The position numbers and the translations under genes are program-made. Under the pieces are notes generated by a model. That model saw nothing but the letters and a program-made list of their open reading frames with translations, was not told where the DNA came from and ran no database searches. A stretch of 64,000 nucleotides of DNA, taken from positions 9,395 through 73,394 of the forward strand of contig JBIOWE010000004.1 of assembly GCA_044868145.1 (NCBI GenBank), written 5' to 3'. Positions 1-10,200 of the stretch are shown here, one piece after another. Source of the DNA: Patescibacteria group bacterium. Its GTDB lineage: Bacteria; Patescibacteriota; Patescibacteriia; UBA10025; JBIOWE01. Within the stretch, counting starts at the first letter, position 1. The number at the start of each line of letters is the position of its first letter.

Positions 1-1021
1 GGTCACCGCACACCCATGTCGCTTCTGCAATTTGACGCAAGATGTCACGCGCTTTATAGGTGTCGGCAGGCTGCCCGTCGCGAATGTTCCGGGTTTGCCA
101 GTCGCCATCTTCGTCCACTTTTTTCATATACTCATCCGTCACGCGCACTGAATTGTTTGCGTTTTGAAACTGAATGGATTTCCACGCCTCACCATTCAGG
201 CCCATATCATAGCCAGCCGCGCCTAAGGCCCACGCTTTCTTTTCTTCAAGTTCTTTACAGTGAATAAATTCGAGGATGTCCGGGTGGTCAACGTTCAGCA
301 CAACCATTTTCGCTGCACGCCTGGTTTTACCGCCTGACTTGATCGCGCCCGCTGATGCGTCAGCCCCGCGCATAAAGGAAACAGGGCCCGAGGCCATGCC
401 GCCGGTGCTCATTGACTCTTTCGAGGAACGAAGCGCAGAAAGGTTGATGCCCGAGCCGGAGCCACCTTTAAAGATCATGCCTTCGGTTTTGATCCATTCC
501 AAAATCGAGGGCATCGTGTCTTCAATCGACAAAATGAAACATGCGGAACACTGTGGGTGCTTTTCGAATCCGACATTAAACCAAACCGGTGAATTAAAAG
601 ACGCCCGTTGATACAATAACAGGTGTTTTAGTTCATGACGAAATGTTTCCGCATCTTCCGCGGTGTCGAAGTATCCGTCGTGCTTTCCCCAGTGCGTAAT
701 CGTATCAACGACGCGGCCAATCATTTGCTTCACTGTTCGTTCGCGCTGCGGGGTACCAAGCTTGCCACGAAAATATTTTGAAACGACAACGTTCGTTGCA
801 AGTTGTGACCAAAACGATGGCACCTCAACGTCCTTCTGCGCAAACACCGCTTTGCCGTCCTCCCCACTGATGACAGCGTCGCGCTTTACCCATTCCACTT
901 CCTCAAACGGGTCAACCCCGTGAGTCGTAAAAAAATGCTCTACTTTCACACCGCGCGTCCGTTCTTTAACATGCAAGTCTCTTACCGCAGCGTGTGAGCG
1001 TTGCGTTTCTTCCGCGTACAT
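1..1021 (-). CDS. nrdJ: Class II (adenosylcobalamin-dependent) ribonucleotide reductase, N-terminal part; the gene runs off the window start. Manual reverse-complement translation gives MYAEETQRS...VWFNVG...PQCSACF...KGGSGSGINLS...GGKTRRAAKM.
   Basis: Minus-strand ORF with ATG at 1019-1021 and no stop before position 1. It is absent from the ORF track because it has no stop in the window. Conserved class II RNR motifs were read directly. NrdR sits immediately upstream. The plus-strand ORFs here are antisense artefacts. Confidence 0.8.
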   Translation of the reverse strand, partial: MYAEETQRSHAAVRDLHVKERTRGVKVEHFFTTHGVDPFEEVEWVKRDAVISGEDGKAVFAQKDVEVPSFWSQLATNVVVSKYFRGKLGTPQRERTVKQMIGRVVDTITHWGKHDGYFDTAEDAETFRHELKHLLLYQRASFNSPVWFNVGFEKHPQCSACFILSIEDTMPSILEWIKTEGMIFKGGSGSGINLSALRSSKESMSTGGMASGPVSFMRGADASAGAIKSGGKTRRAAKMVVLNVDHPDILEFIHCKELEEKKAWALGAAGYDMGLNGEAWKSIQFQNANNSVRVTDEYMKKVDEDGDWQTRNIRDGQPADTYKARDILRQIAEATWVCGD

Positions 1022-1041
1022 ACGATACGAAAGATTAATAT

Positions 1042-1542
1042 TTATTTCTTCTTTTTGATTTTTCCGAGGGAAGGACCCGCCTTGGCTCCCCCCTTCCGAA
1101 CAAGTTGGGTTAACTCACGCTGAAACGATGCGACATCCCTGAATGATCGATATACAGATGCAAAACGGATATACGCAACCTCATCGGTGCGTCGCAAATG
1201 TTTCATAACGAGCTCTCCGATGACGCTTGAAGTAATCTCTCCCTTCTGTTTCTGCTGAATATCGCTTTCGATGCGGTTCACGAGTTTCCGAAAGTCATCT
1301 TGCGTGATTGGCCGTTTCTCGAGCGCTTTACGCAAACCAGATTCCAGTTTCTCTTTTGAATAGGGTTCGCGCCTACCGTCACGCTTAATGACCGCTAAGT
1401 TCAAAATTTCCGCTTCTTCATACGTGGAGAAGCGAAATGTACAACGTAAACATTCCCGCCGCCTTCGTATTGCCGTTCCGTCGTTCACGAGTCGCGAATC
1501 CGTTACTTTCGTCTCTGGATTATGGCAGGCAGGGCATTTCAT
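1042..1542 (-). CDS. nrdR: Transcriptional repressor NrdR (zinc ribbon plus ATP-cone)
   Basis: N-terminus MKCPACHNPETKVTDSR matches the canonical NrdR zinc ribbon. Length about 166 aa. Lies 20 bp upstream of nrdJ on the same strand. Confidence 0.9.
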   Translation of the reverse strand: MKCPACHNPETKVTDSRLVNDGTAIRRRRECLRCTFRFSTYEEAEILNLAVIKRDGRREPYSKEKLESGLRKALEKRPITQDDFRKLVNRIESDIQQKQKGEITSSVIGELVMKHLRRTDEVAYIRFASVYRSFRDVASFQRELTQLVRKGGAKAGPSLGKIKKKK

Positions 1543-2039
1543 GGGTATTCAAAGTTCAATATATAGTAGCCCTAATGATCATTATACTACTAAATATAGA
1601 AAAGTCAATGGAAAAAAGAGAATTTCGGCTAAGAAAAAAGAAAAATGCCTTACAACTCTCAAGGTGATCGGTCAACGTGGGTCGCGAAGCGACCCTTACG
1701 CTGTGGATAACCTTCTCTACCTACTCCTCTAGGCGAGCAGGTTTTTTGAAGTCAAGGATTATTATGAGAGGCTGATAAAAAGCCGCCTTTGCTTCAAGAG
1801 GGTTATAAAGACTACTATCCAAAGGATGAGAATCGAAATGAGAAAGACTGAAAAGAGATTTACCAAGGTTCCGACGAAGACGAGGACTATTCCGAGATAT
1901 ATCGACCAAATAAATCCGTCGCGAGGAGGGGCGAGCATTGGGTCTCGCGGGTTCCCAAGCGGAGCCCTTGACGAGCGACACCTTTAAGGGGAGGGGGAGG
2001 CGTGGGAAGGGGGAACCGTAGGTTCCACCTCCCAGTTCC

Positions 2040-3212
2040 TTACATCATTTTCCTGCGAATAAATGCGGGAATATCAAGATCTTCCTCTTCTTTTTTAGGT
2101 TTTTCTTCCTGAACAGGTGGCGGGATGGGTCGGCTTACTGGTCTCGGTCTTGCAACTGACGGCCGCGGCTCTGTTGGCTCAGAGATCATTTCTTCTTTCT
2201 TCATCCCAAAGGGCATAATCTTGCGAATCGTCTTTTGTTTTGATCCAAATCCAGTCGCAATCACGGTGATTCTGACTTCATCCTTCATGGATTCGTCGAT
2301 CACAGCGCCAAAGATCACCTTCGCATTCTGATCAGCTGAAGCGGTGATGATGCGCGCGGCTTCGTTTACTTCATACATGCCAAGGCCGGGGCCTCCGGTA
2401 ACGGTAAAGAGAACGCCTTTCGCACCATCAATGGAAACTTCCAGGAGCGGACTGTCAATCGCAGCCTTCGCGGCGTCAACCGCGCGGTTCTCCCCTTGCC
2501 CGCGGCCGATGCCCATGAGCGCGGTACCTGCGTTTTCCATGATCGCCTTCACGTCGGCAAAATCCACGTTGATGATACCGGGGACGGTTATGAGATCCGC
2601 GATGCCTTGCACGCCCTGTCGCAACACGTCGTCCACCGTGCCGAATGCGTCGAGCAGCGATGTCTTCTTATCAATGATTTGCAAAATGCGATCGTTTGGG
2701 ATCACAATGATCGTGTCAACCTTGTCCGTCAGATCCGCGAGTCCTGATTCGCTGATGGCACGCCGCTGCGCTCCCTCAAACGAAAATGGCTTTGTGACAA
2801 CCGCAACAACAAGACTACCGACGTCTTTTGCGATGTCAGCAATGAGAGGCGACGCGCCAGTGCCTGTACCGCCGCCAAGCCCGCACGTCATGAATACCAT
2901 GTCCGCACCTTTCAAGCGCTCATGAATTTCGTCTTGGCTTTCCTCCGCAGCTTTACGCCCAAGTTCCGGGTCCATGCCTGCGCCAAGCCCCTTGGTAGCT
3001 GTTTTGCCGATATGCAGCTTGTGCGGCGCTTTGGAGTGATGCAACGCTTGCGCATCCGTGTTCATCGCGAGAAATTCAACACCGCGGATCTTTCCGGAGC
3101 TAATCATCCGGTCAATTGCCGCGCCACCGGACCCGCCAACGCCCACAACCTTAATTTTTGCGAAGGTTTCGATGTCAGGCTTTATCTCAATTGTGCTGTT
3201 TTCACGTCTCAT
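2040..3212 (-). CDS. ftsZ: Cell division GTPase FtsZ
   Basis: GGGTGTG tubulin signature and a C-terminal DIPAFIRR peptide. 390 aa. Confidence 0.97.
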   Translation of the reverse strand: MRRENSTIEIKPDIETFAKIKVVGVGGSGGAAIDRMISSGKIRGVEFLAMNTDAQALHHSKAPHKLHIGKTATKGLGAGMDPELGRKAAEESQDEIHERLKGADMVFMTCGLGGGTGTGASPLIADIAKDVGSLVVAVVTKPFSFEGAQRRAISESGLADLTDKVDTIIVIPNDRILQIIDKKTSLLDAFGTVDDVLRQGVQGIADLITVPGIINVDFADVKAIMENAGTALMGIGRGQGENRAVDAAKAAIDSPLLEVSIDGAKGVLFTVTGGPGLGMYEVNEAARIITASADQNAKVIFGAVIDESMKDEVRITVIATGFGSKQKTIRKIMPFGMKKEEMISEPTEPRPSVARPRPVSRPIPPPVQEEKPKKEEEDLDIPAFIRRKMM

Positions 3213-3224
3213 AACAAAACATAC

Positions 3225-4472
3225 TTAAGGCATCAATGATTTAAACCACTTTTTCATTTTTGAAGTGACGTCGCTGATGGAAGAAAAACGCGGCAAGGTC
3301 ATTCCTCCGGATTGTCGCTCCGTAAAGCCGAGCGCCCAAAACAGTAACCCAACAGCCGTTGTGAAGCTAAGGTCGTTTACTTTATCAACCGCGGTAGAGC
3401 CGAGCCCAATCGGATAACCTGGGGAGGCGGGCAGGCGCAATTCTTTTTTCGCCACTTCCACAAAACCCGGGAGCTTCGCGCCGCCGCCGGTTAATATTGC
3501 ACCTGCTGGCAACATGCCGGAACGGTCGATGGATTGAAGTTGTTTATCCACCATTTTAAAAATTTCTTGGCAACGCGCCTCGATTATTTCTGCCACGTGC
3601 TTGCGGGAGACAACGCCCTCTTCCTTTGAATCAATTTCAGCGAGATTGATTTCATCACGTTTACCAACTTCTTCCGGGATCGCAGTTCCATACTGTATCT
3701 TAATTTCTTCGGCAAGACCAATGGACGTGCGCAAGCCAATGGCGATGTCATTCGTAATATGGCTCGAACCGATTGGGAGGATTGCCGTATGGAGCACGTC
3801 GCCTTCTTCAAACACGAGCATGCTGGTCGTCGAACCGCCGATGTTCACAAGGACAACACCGAGGTCTTTTTGTTTCTTATCAAGGACGCTCTCTGACGCG
3901 GCAAGGACTCCAAGTATAATATCATCAATATCGACCCCTGTCCGATAAACGCATTTTGTTAAATTTTTTACCTGGCTCGTCAGCGCTTGAATAATCTGGG
4001 CGTCAACCTCAAGGCGAATGCCGGTCATCCCGATGGGATCTTTAATCCCGCGCTGGTTATCTACGGTGAAGCTCCGCGGAATAACGTGGAGAATTTCATA
4101 GTTCGGCGGCGTCGCAACCGCTTGCGCCGCTTCGATGACGCGCTCAACATCTTCTTCTTTTATCTCGCCGTCAGCCTTTGATACCGCCACAACACCGTGA
4201 CTGTCTTGCGACGTCACGTGCGGACCGTTAATGCTCACATACATGTGCTCAATAGGAACACCGGTCATTCGTTCCGCTTTTTCGAGCGCCGCGGAGATGC
4301 TCGAAACCGCGTCTTCGATACTGGTGATTGTTCCCTTCGAAACGCCTTCCGCAGGATGCTCGGCAGCGCCAAGGACATGGATGCTTTTGTCGTTTGGGTT
4401 GACTTGTCCGACAACAACGCGAATTGTCGTCGAGCCAACGTCTAAACCGGTAAGAATATCTTGTCGAGCCAT
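3225..4472 (-). CDS. ftsA: Cell division protein FtsA (actin-like ATPase)
   Basis: N-terminus LDVGSTTIRVVVG and actin-fold motifs. Immediately upstream of ftsZ. 415 aa. Confidence 0.95.
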   Translation of the reverse strand: MARQDILTGLDVGSTTIRVVVGQVNPNDKSIHVLGAAEHPAEGVSKGTITSIEDAVSSISAALEKAERMTGVPIEHMYVSINGPHVTSQDSHGVVAVSKADGEIKEEDVERVIEAAQAVATPPNYEILHVIPRSFTVDNQRGIKDPIGMTGIRLEVDAQIIQALTSQVKNLTKCVYRTGVDIDDIILGVLAASESVLDKKQKDLGVVLVNIGGSTTSMLVFEEGDVLHTAILPIGSSHITNDIAIGLRTSIGLAEEIKIQYGTAIPEEVGKRDEINLAEIDSKEEGVVSRKHVAEIIEARCQEIFKMVDKQLQSIDRSGMLPAGAILTGGGAKLPGFVEVAKKELRLPASPGYPIGLGSTAVDKVNDLSFTTAVGLLFWALGFTERQSGGMTLPRFSSISDVTSKMKKWFKSLMP

Positions 4473-4542
4473 AATACTGATCGTTTTTCTCTACTTGAGA
4501 GTATTATAGATGATTTTTTACAATTAGCAAAGCGTTAAAGCG

Positions 4543-4911
4543 CTACCGTCCGATGATGTATGGTCCGAATATGAGTATACCAATTATGATGGCGGAAAGC
4601 GAGGCCACGAGCACGGTTGCCGCCATAATGTCTTTTACCATTTCGGCGTAGTGATGAATGCGTGGCTCCAACATATCGACAATTTTTTCGAATATCGTAT
4701 TGATGAGTTCAAGAATTAATACAATGGTGATCACCAAGAGTAAAATAATGGCCTGCCATAATCGAACACGAAAATAGATCATGAGAATTGCGACAATAAG
4801 CCCGGCCAAGAGATGTAGCCGGAAACTCTGCTCATGCTTAAACACATACCAAAATCCTTGAAAGGCGTATCGAAAGCTTCGGATCAGTTGTTTAAGACGA
4901 AGGAGTACCAT
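4543..4911 (-). CDS. dgkA: Diacylglycerol kinase / undecaprenol kinase family (DgkA-like) small membrane protein
   Basis: 122 aa with three TM helices, conserved E...N and EL(I/L)NT motifs, and the typical DgkA size. Confidence 0.75.
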   Translation of the reverse strand: MVLLRLKQLIRSFRYAFQGFWYVFKHEQSFRLHLLAGLIVAILMIYFRVRLWQAIILLLVITIVLILELINTIFEKIVDMLEPRIHHYAEMVKDIMAATVLVASLSAIIIGILIFGPYIIGR

Positions 4912-4922
4912 ACTGTTATTTC

Positions 4923-5360
4923 TTATGTGAGACGAGAGATGATACGATGCTCAAGCTTTTGCATGCGTTTCTCCGCGCGGCTTCCATGATGGTCATAACC
5001 AAGCAGGTGCACAATACCATGAACTATTAAACTGTTCAACGCATTTCCGTACGACAGGTCGTTCTTGCGCGCATAGGTTCTGATTTCGGCTGTACAAAGC
5101 AGGACCTCTCCGAGAAAATTTTCTTGCTCATGAGGGAATGACAACCGACCAGAAGCGGAAGAAAACGATAAAACCGTAGTTGACCGTCGTTTGCCGCGGT
5201 ACCGTGCATTCAAACGTTTCATTGTTGATGGGGAAACGAATGCAAACGTAACCAGTGCGTGACGCAAACGTGGTGCAACATCTCCGGCGACGCGCATAAT
5301 TTTTTTTATTCCCTCTCGAGGAGCGCGCCCGCCTGAACTGTTATGAATTTCAAAAGGCAT
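4923..5360 (-). CDS. ybeY: rRNA maturation endoribonuclease YbeY
   Basis: HGIVHLLGYDH zinc-binding motif. 145 aa. Confidence 0.85.
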   Translation of the reverse strand: MPFEIHNSSGGRAPREGIKKIMRVAGDVAPRLRHALVTFAFVSPSTMKRLNARYRGKRRSTTVLSFSSASGRLSFPHEQENFLGEVLLCTAEIRTYARKNDLSYGNALNSLIVHGIVHLLGYDHHGSRAEKRMQKLEHRIISRLT

Positions 5361-6446
5361 CTAGTAATAGTAATAACTGTTGCCGTTTGTGTTTGTGTTC
5401 GCGCTGGCGTTTGTATTGGTTTTGGTGTTTGTATTTTTGTTTTGGTTCACCGAACTGTTCGTATTCGTAGTCCCGCCGCCGCTGACATTAAAGCTGAAAT
5501 AAAACATCTGAAAGGCAGTTGGGTAATTCGCTTCGGTTAAAACATTCGTGTTGTAACTCAGAACGTACGTTGTCGTTCCTTTCACGTAATACACCGCGTG
5601 ACCATCTAGACTCTTCGCGCCTTCGAGAGTTTTGCTCCAGTTCTGGACACTCTGAACTTTAGACGAATCAACGCCGGGCGATTTTGTTAGGTACCAATCT
5701 TTTGCGGACAGCGCCGCGGGATTTTCTTGCATACCGACGCTGAAAAATTCACCCGTCGTCGATGCGAACAGCGCCGCGTCCGGATCCTGGGGGTCTGGGC
5801 TTTCCGTAAACGCCGCAGGATACAACACGGTAAAACCGCTCAATCCCGCATATGTTTTCACGAACGTCTGCTGATCGAGCTTACCCGCGCCGAGGGGGTT
5901 ATAATTGTTGACGATCTCCTGTCCGTCAGAAAAACCGTCTCCGTCAGTGTCCGGTTTTTGAAAATCCGTTCCAAATGCTCTTTCTTCTTCGTCCGTTACG
6001 TTATCGAGGTCCGTATCTCGGCTTGATGGAAGGGTTGTATTGGCGTTGAGGTTGCTATTGGTGTTTGTATTCGTGTTGGAAAAAATATTGAGATTTTTAT
6101 TCGTATTGCTGGTACTGTTCAAATTAAAATTAAGGCTTTGATTTGTATTCGCCGTATTCGAGTTTCGGTTTTGATTCAAGTTCGTGAGGATATTCGTTTG
6201 CACAAAGACGTTGGTATTAGCATTCTCTGATCCTGGCCCGAGGAAACGCTGCAAAGCGAAGACACCCCCTCCGACGACGGCAAGGACAATAACGGTAATG
6301 ATGGCAATCTTAAGGACTGGCGACTTCTTCCGAACTCTCAGCCCGTCTTGCGTGTGGAACTTCTCAGGCATCGTGTATACGTCAGCCGCAGGTCGCTTCG
6401 GCCCTGCCGGTTTTGCAAAAGATTGGGATTGTCGGTCATTGGCCAT
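5361..6446 (-). CDS. Membrane-anchored protein with an Asn/Thr-rich low-complexity region and a thrombospondin-type-3-like Ca-binding repeat (DTDGDGFSDGQE); function unknown
   Basis: Short cytoplasmic tail, one TM (LKIAIITVIVLAVVGGGVF), NT-rich repeats, a DxDxDGxxDxxE motif, and a C-terminal NTNTNGNSYYYY tail. Paralogous to the next gene. Confidence 0.6.
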   Translation of the reverse strand: MANDRQSQSFAKPAGPKRPAADVYTMPEKFHTQDGLRVRKKSPVLKIAIITVIVLAVVGGGVFALQRFLGPGSENANTNVFVQTNILTNLNQNRNSNTANTNQSLNFNLNSTSNTNKNLNIFSNTNTNTNSNLNANTTLPSSRDTDLDNVTDEEERAFGTDFQKPDTDGDGFSDGQEIVNNYNPLGAGKLDQQTFVKTYAGLSGFTVLYPAAFTESPDPQDPDAALFASTTGEFFSVGMQENPAALSAKDWYLTKSPGVDSSKVQSVQNWSKTLEGAKSLDGHAVYYVKGTTTYVLSYNTNVLTEANYPTAFQMFYFSFNVSGGGTTNTNSSVNQNKNTNTKTNTNASANTNTNGNSYYYY

Positions 6447-6568
6447 AAGTAAAGTAAAAAGTAAAAACTAAAAAGGAAAAATTAACTTTTATTTTACCAC
6501 CACGAATCGAGTATCACGAATCCACACGAATCTCACGCTCGAAAAATTAGTGAAAATTAGTGGAGGGT

Positions 6569-7138
6569 TTATAATTTTTCTTTTTCGCGATTCAAGTCAA
6601 GCAATAATCCGGGGCCGGCCGGGTTGGTGCCCGCCTGAACCTCGCTCCCATCCTTAACACCGTCGCCATCCGTATCACTCACCAGAGGGTTTGTATTATA
6701 CACGCGCACTTCGTCGCGATCAAAAAGCCCGTCGCTATCCGAATCAGGAAGATTCGGATTTGTTCCAAGCGACGCCTCTTCTTCATCGGTGAGTCCGTCA
6801 CCGTCCGCATCATCCCCTTTTGACGAAGCCGACGGCACCATGACATTCGTATTCTCTGCGGCAATATTCGCAACGGTATTCGTGCTTGATGGCGTGCTAC
6901 GCTTATTAAAGAAATTAACAACTGCAAACGCGGCAGCGCCAAGGACGATAAGGACAATCAAAATAGTCACGACCGTACGTAACGGAAACGTCGTTCTCCC
7001 TTCTGGGGCAAGTGGCATCGCCGATTTAACCGCACGCCTCTGCGGAACAGGCGATGGTTTTTGAACCTGTGGGGATGGCTTGTTCTCCGAACTTGCGTCG
7101 GAAAAAATATCTTCTACCTTTTCACGGTTGTTCGCCAT
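6569..7138 (-). CDS. Membrane-anchored protein with three thrombospondin-type-3-like repeats (DADGDGLTDEEE, DSDSDGLFDRDE, DTDGDGVKDGSE); function unknown
   Basis: MANN N-terminus, like the paralog downstream. Single TM, then a predicted extracellular acidic repeat domain. Confidence 0.6.
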   Translation of the reverse strand: MANNREKVEDIFSDASSENKPSPQVQKPSPVPQRRAVKSAMPLAPEGRTTFPLRTVVTILIVLIVLGAAAFAVVNFFNKRSTPSSTNTVANIAAENTNVMVPSASSKGDDADGDGLTDEEEASLGTNPNLPDSDSDGLFDRDEVRVYNTNPLVSDTDGDGVKDGSEVQAGTNPAGPGLLLDLNREKEKL

Positions 7139-7203
7139 AGTGGTTTAGTCAAAGTTGAGAGTAAACAAAATTGAGGCTCCTCCATGCATCAGAATCCCAG
7201 GCG

Positions 7204-10200
7204 CTATGTCGGAGGAGGGATAAAACATGTTACACTGTTTGCTTTACAAACATTGGTGCCTTCTGTTCTACAGCAGTATTCGGTCGAAAGATTGCAACCA
7301 GTGCTGGACGAGTACGGGGGCGAGTAATGGAATGCGCAATGACGCAGCGTAAGTTGTACATTCGGCGAATTAGCGAAGTTGCCTGCGCGGTCATACGCCC
7401 GTACTTGATTTATATAGGTGCCATCGCCGTAGAAATCCGTCGGCCAGAAATACTCGTATGGCGGCGCGCCGAACGAAATGGTCCACACAAGGCTGCCATC
7501 TTGGCGGAACTCCACAACACTCACTCCGGACCCGCTATCAGACGCTGTTGCTTGGATGGTCACGTCGCTATCACTTGTCGATGGCCACGTGGCGTTGGTA
7601 CCGCCGCCGACGATTCCGCCGTTCAATGCAATTGCGTTATACCAAACGGCGGTGAAATCTACCGCAGGAGCTACCGTATCGAGCGTTATCGTATCAGTGG
7701 CTGTGGCGCTTATATGTTGCGGGCTCGCGTTATCACGTACTTGGGCATAAACGGTTTTCGTTCCATCACCCGCCGGTAGTGTCCAGCTGGCTGTCGCCGC
7801 ATACGCTATCCACGCGGACCAGGTCGTACCATCATTCGAGAAGCGCATATCCACCAAGCCATTATCGTCTGTAGCAGAAATGTTCAAAGTGACATTTTGT
7901 GAATTCGTATACTGCGCGCCGCCGTTAATGGAGAACGAAGTGATGTTTGGCGGCGAGTCAACTGGATTATTCACGGTGACATTGATCAATGTCCCACCAG
8001 TCCTGCCAGCATTATCGCGCGCGGTCGCGACCAATGAATGATTTCCGTTACCCGTAGTCAGGGTATTCCACGTCATTTTGAACGTCGTCGGCGGCGTTTG
8101 CGCGTCTGAACCGATTGGCGTAATAAAATCTCGGAATGTCACGGTTGTCGGGTTTGTGGTATTGGCAACGCTGACTTCGAGCTGGACGCTTCCAACCAAC
8201 GTAGCGCCATTTGTCGGGGTAACAAACGTAACGGCCAGGTTATTTACGACGCTTACGTCAACGTAATCGGAGCCAACGTTACCGCCGCCATCGGTCGCGC
8301 TGAGCGTAATGCGGTAGGATCCATCAGGAATGCCGCTGGTGTCCCACGTAACGTTGCAATTAGCAAACCGTGTGCCTGGGCCGAAGGGTGGTGTGGGAGG
8401 GCAGCTGAACGACGCCACAATTGCCGCATTGATACTATTGATGTCTACGATCGTAATGTCCATACGCGAGAGGCCCAGATCGTCCGTCGCGTGCGTGTTA
8501 ATGGCAACAGACCCGTACACGGTCGCACCATCAGCGGGCGCGTCAATGAACGCTTGTGGGACAATAAGGTCCTTAATATTCTCTACGCGCAGAGATTCCG
8601 ATATTTCGGTGAAGTTGCCTGCTGCATCGTAGGCGCGGGCGCGGAGCGTTTTCCAGCCGTTCGCATAACTGGTTGTTTGCCAGGCCCACGACCATCCGCC
8701 AGCAGCGTTATTGTCCTCATATTCCACCTGGAAGCCGAGAAGAAACTTCACGCTCACAACCGCATTATTATCAGTCGCGGTTACGCCAATCGTTTGTGTA
8801 CCCGAGACTGTGTCGCCGTCCCTCGGTGGAGGAATAAACTGCACGTTAGACGGAGGTGTCGTATCGTTTATAGCATTTTGCGTTGTGACGTTCACCGGAT
8901 TTGAGGTTGTTTGATTGACTGTATCGTACGCGCGGGCAGTGAGCACATGGTTACCATTAGCCACAAGAGCAGTGTTAAAGAGCCATGACCACCCATCCGC
9001 ACCGTTCAGATCAGTATTTTTGATTACGCCGTCAAGGAGAAAATCAACTTTGACCACTGCCTCATTGTCAGCTGCGTTCGCTGTCACGGTTGTATTGCCA
9101 GTCAGGTTTGCGCCATTTGTTGGGCTGGCTATGGAAATTGATGGCGGCACAACATCCGGATTGCTGACGGTCACATGAATAATTTTTTGTCCAATATTCG
9201 CATAATCGTCATACGCGATTGCTTTTAATTCGTGCACACCATTTGTGAATGTGGTCGTGTTCCAGTTGCCGCTGCAGTTTGTCACACCGTTCACATTCGT
9301 ACAGTTTATAAACTGTACGCCGTCGATTTGCAATTCAAGAATAATGACCTTATTTCTATCTGTCGCATAGGCTTCAAACTTCACGACATTCCCGGACACG
9401 ACTTCATTATCTGATGGGAACGTAATAAACACGGACGGCGGACTATTGTCCGGATTAGTGTTATTGATGTTTTTTGACTGAATCCTGACACTTTGATTAC
9501 CCACAGTATCATACGCGAGGATTTTGACCTCATGACTGCCGTCAGCGAATTGTCTGCTGTTCCATTGCCATGTCCAGCCGTTCGATCCGTCCGTATCAGT
9601 GGACTGCCGAATGCCGTCGAGGTAAAACTCAACGCGAGCCACACCGCTTGGCGCATCCGTTACGCTCGCCGTAACGGTGATTGTGCCAGAGGACCCGGAG
9701 AATGTGACGCTGGAGATAATCGGACCCGAACGGTCAGCCGCGCTTCCGACAACGCCAACAGTGTAATTAAAGCAGCCACATGACGACGGCGAGGTACACG
9801 GATTATATGATCCATACGAACCAACCCGCCATTGCGCGCCACCGTACTCAAGGTTCGCGTATAAATTAGCATCATCACCATTGTTACGCGCCTCATACAA
9901 ATAGAGATGAGATCCGGCGGAGCACTGGAAATTCTTATCGCCCTCCCGCCAGCACGCCTTCTGATCGAAGTCTGCTGGGCATGAGCTGAACGCGTTGAGC
10001 GGATCGCTTGCCATGGACCGGCCGAGCGTCTTTCCGAGCGTCTCTTGCCACGACGGCCAGCGTGAGGTGCTTAACCCGGCTATATACGTACCGCCACCGA
10101 GCGTCGGGAACGCGCCGTTCTTCGATTTGTGCACAAGCAAAGCGAGGTAGAGGTCGTACAAATCTTGTACGCGCTTCGCGTCTCGGCGAATCGCCAGTTG

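Noticed and set aside
16-923. Plus-strand ORFs 16..267, 276..611 and 663..923
   Set aside because: They lie antisense to the manually translated nrdJ N-terminus, which has strong conserved class II RNR motifs. They have no RBS and no motif content.
1560-1630. NrdR-box assignment for AT-rich elements upstream of nrdR
   Set aside because: They match the 16-bp NrdR consensus only at about 9/16 positions. They are mentioned as a possibility only and are not annotated as features.
1721-1981. 86-aa minus-strand ORF in the nrdR-ftsZ spacer
   Set aside because: It has low-complexity Ser/Arg/Leu-rich sequence, no RBS and no motifs, and it overlaps GC-rich hairpins. It was treated as non-coding.
2344-2925. 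193-aa plus-strand ORF
   Set aside because: It is antisense to ftsZ, whose identity is unambiguous.
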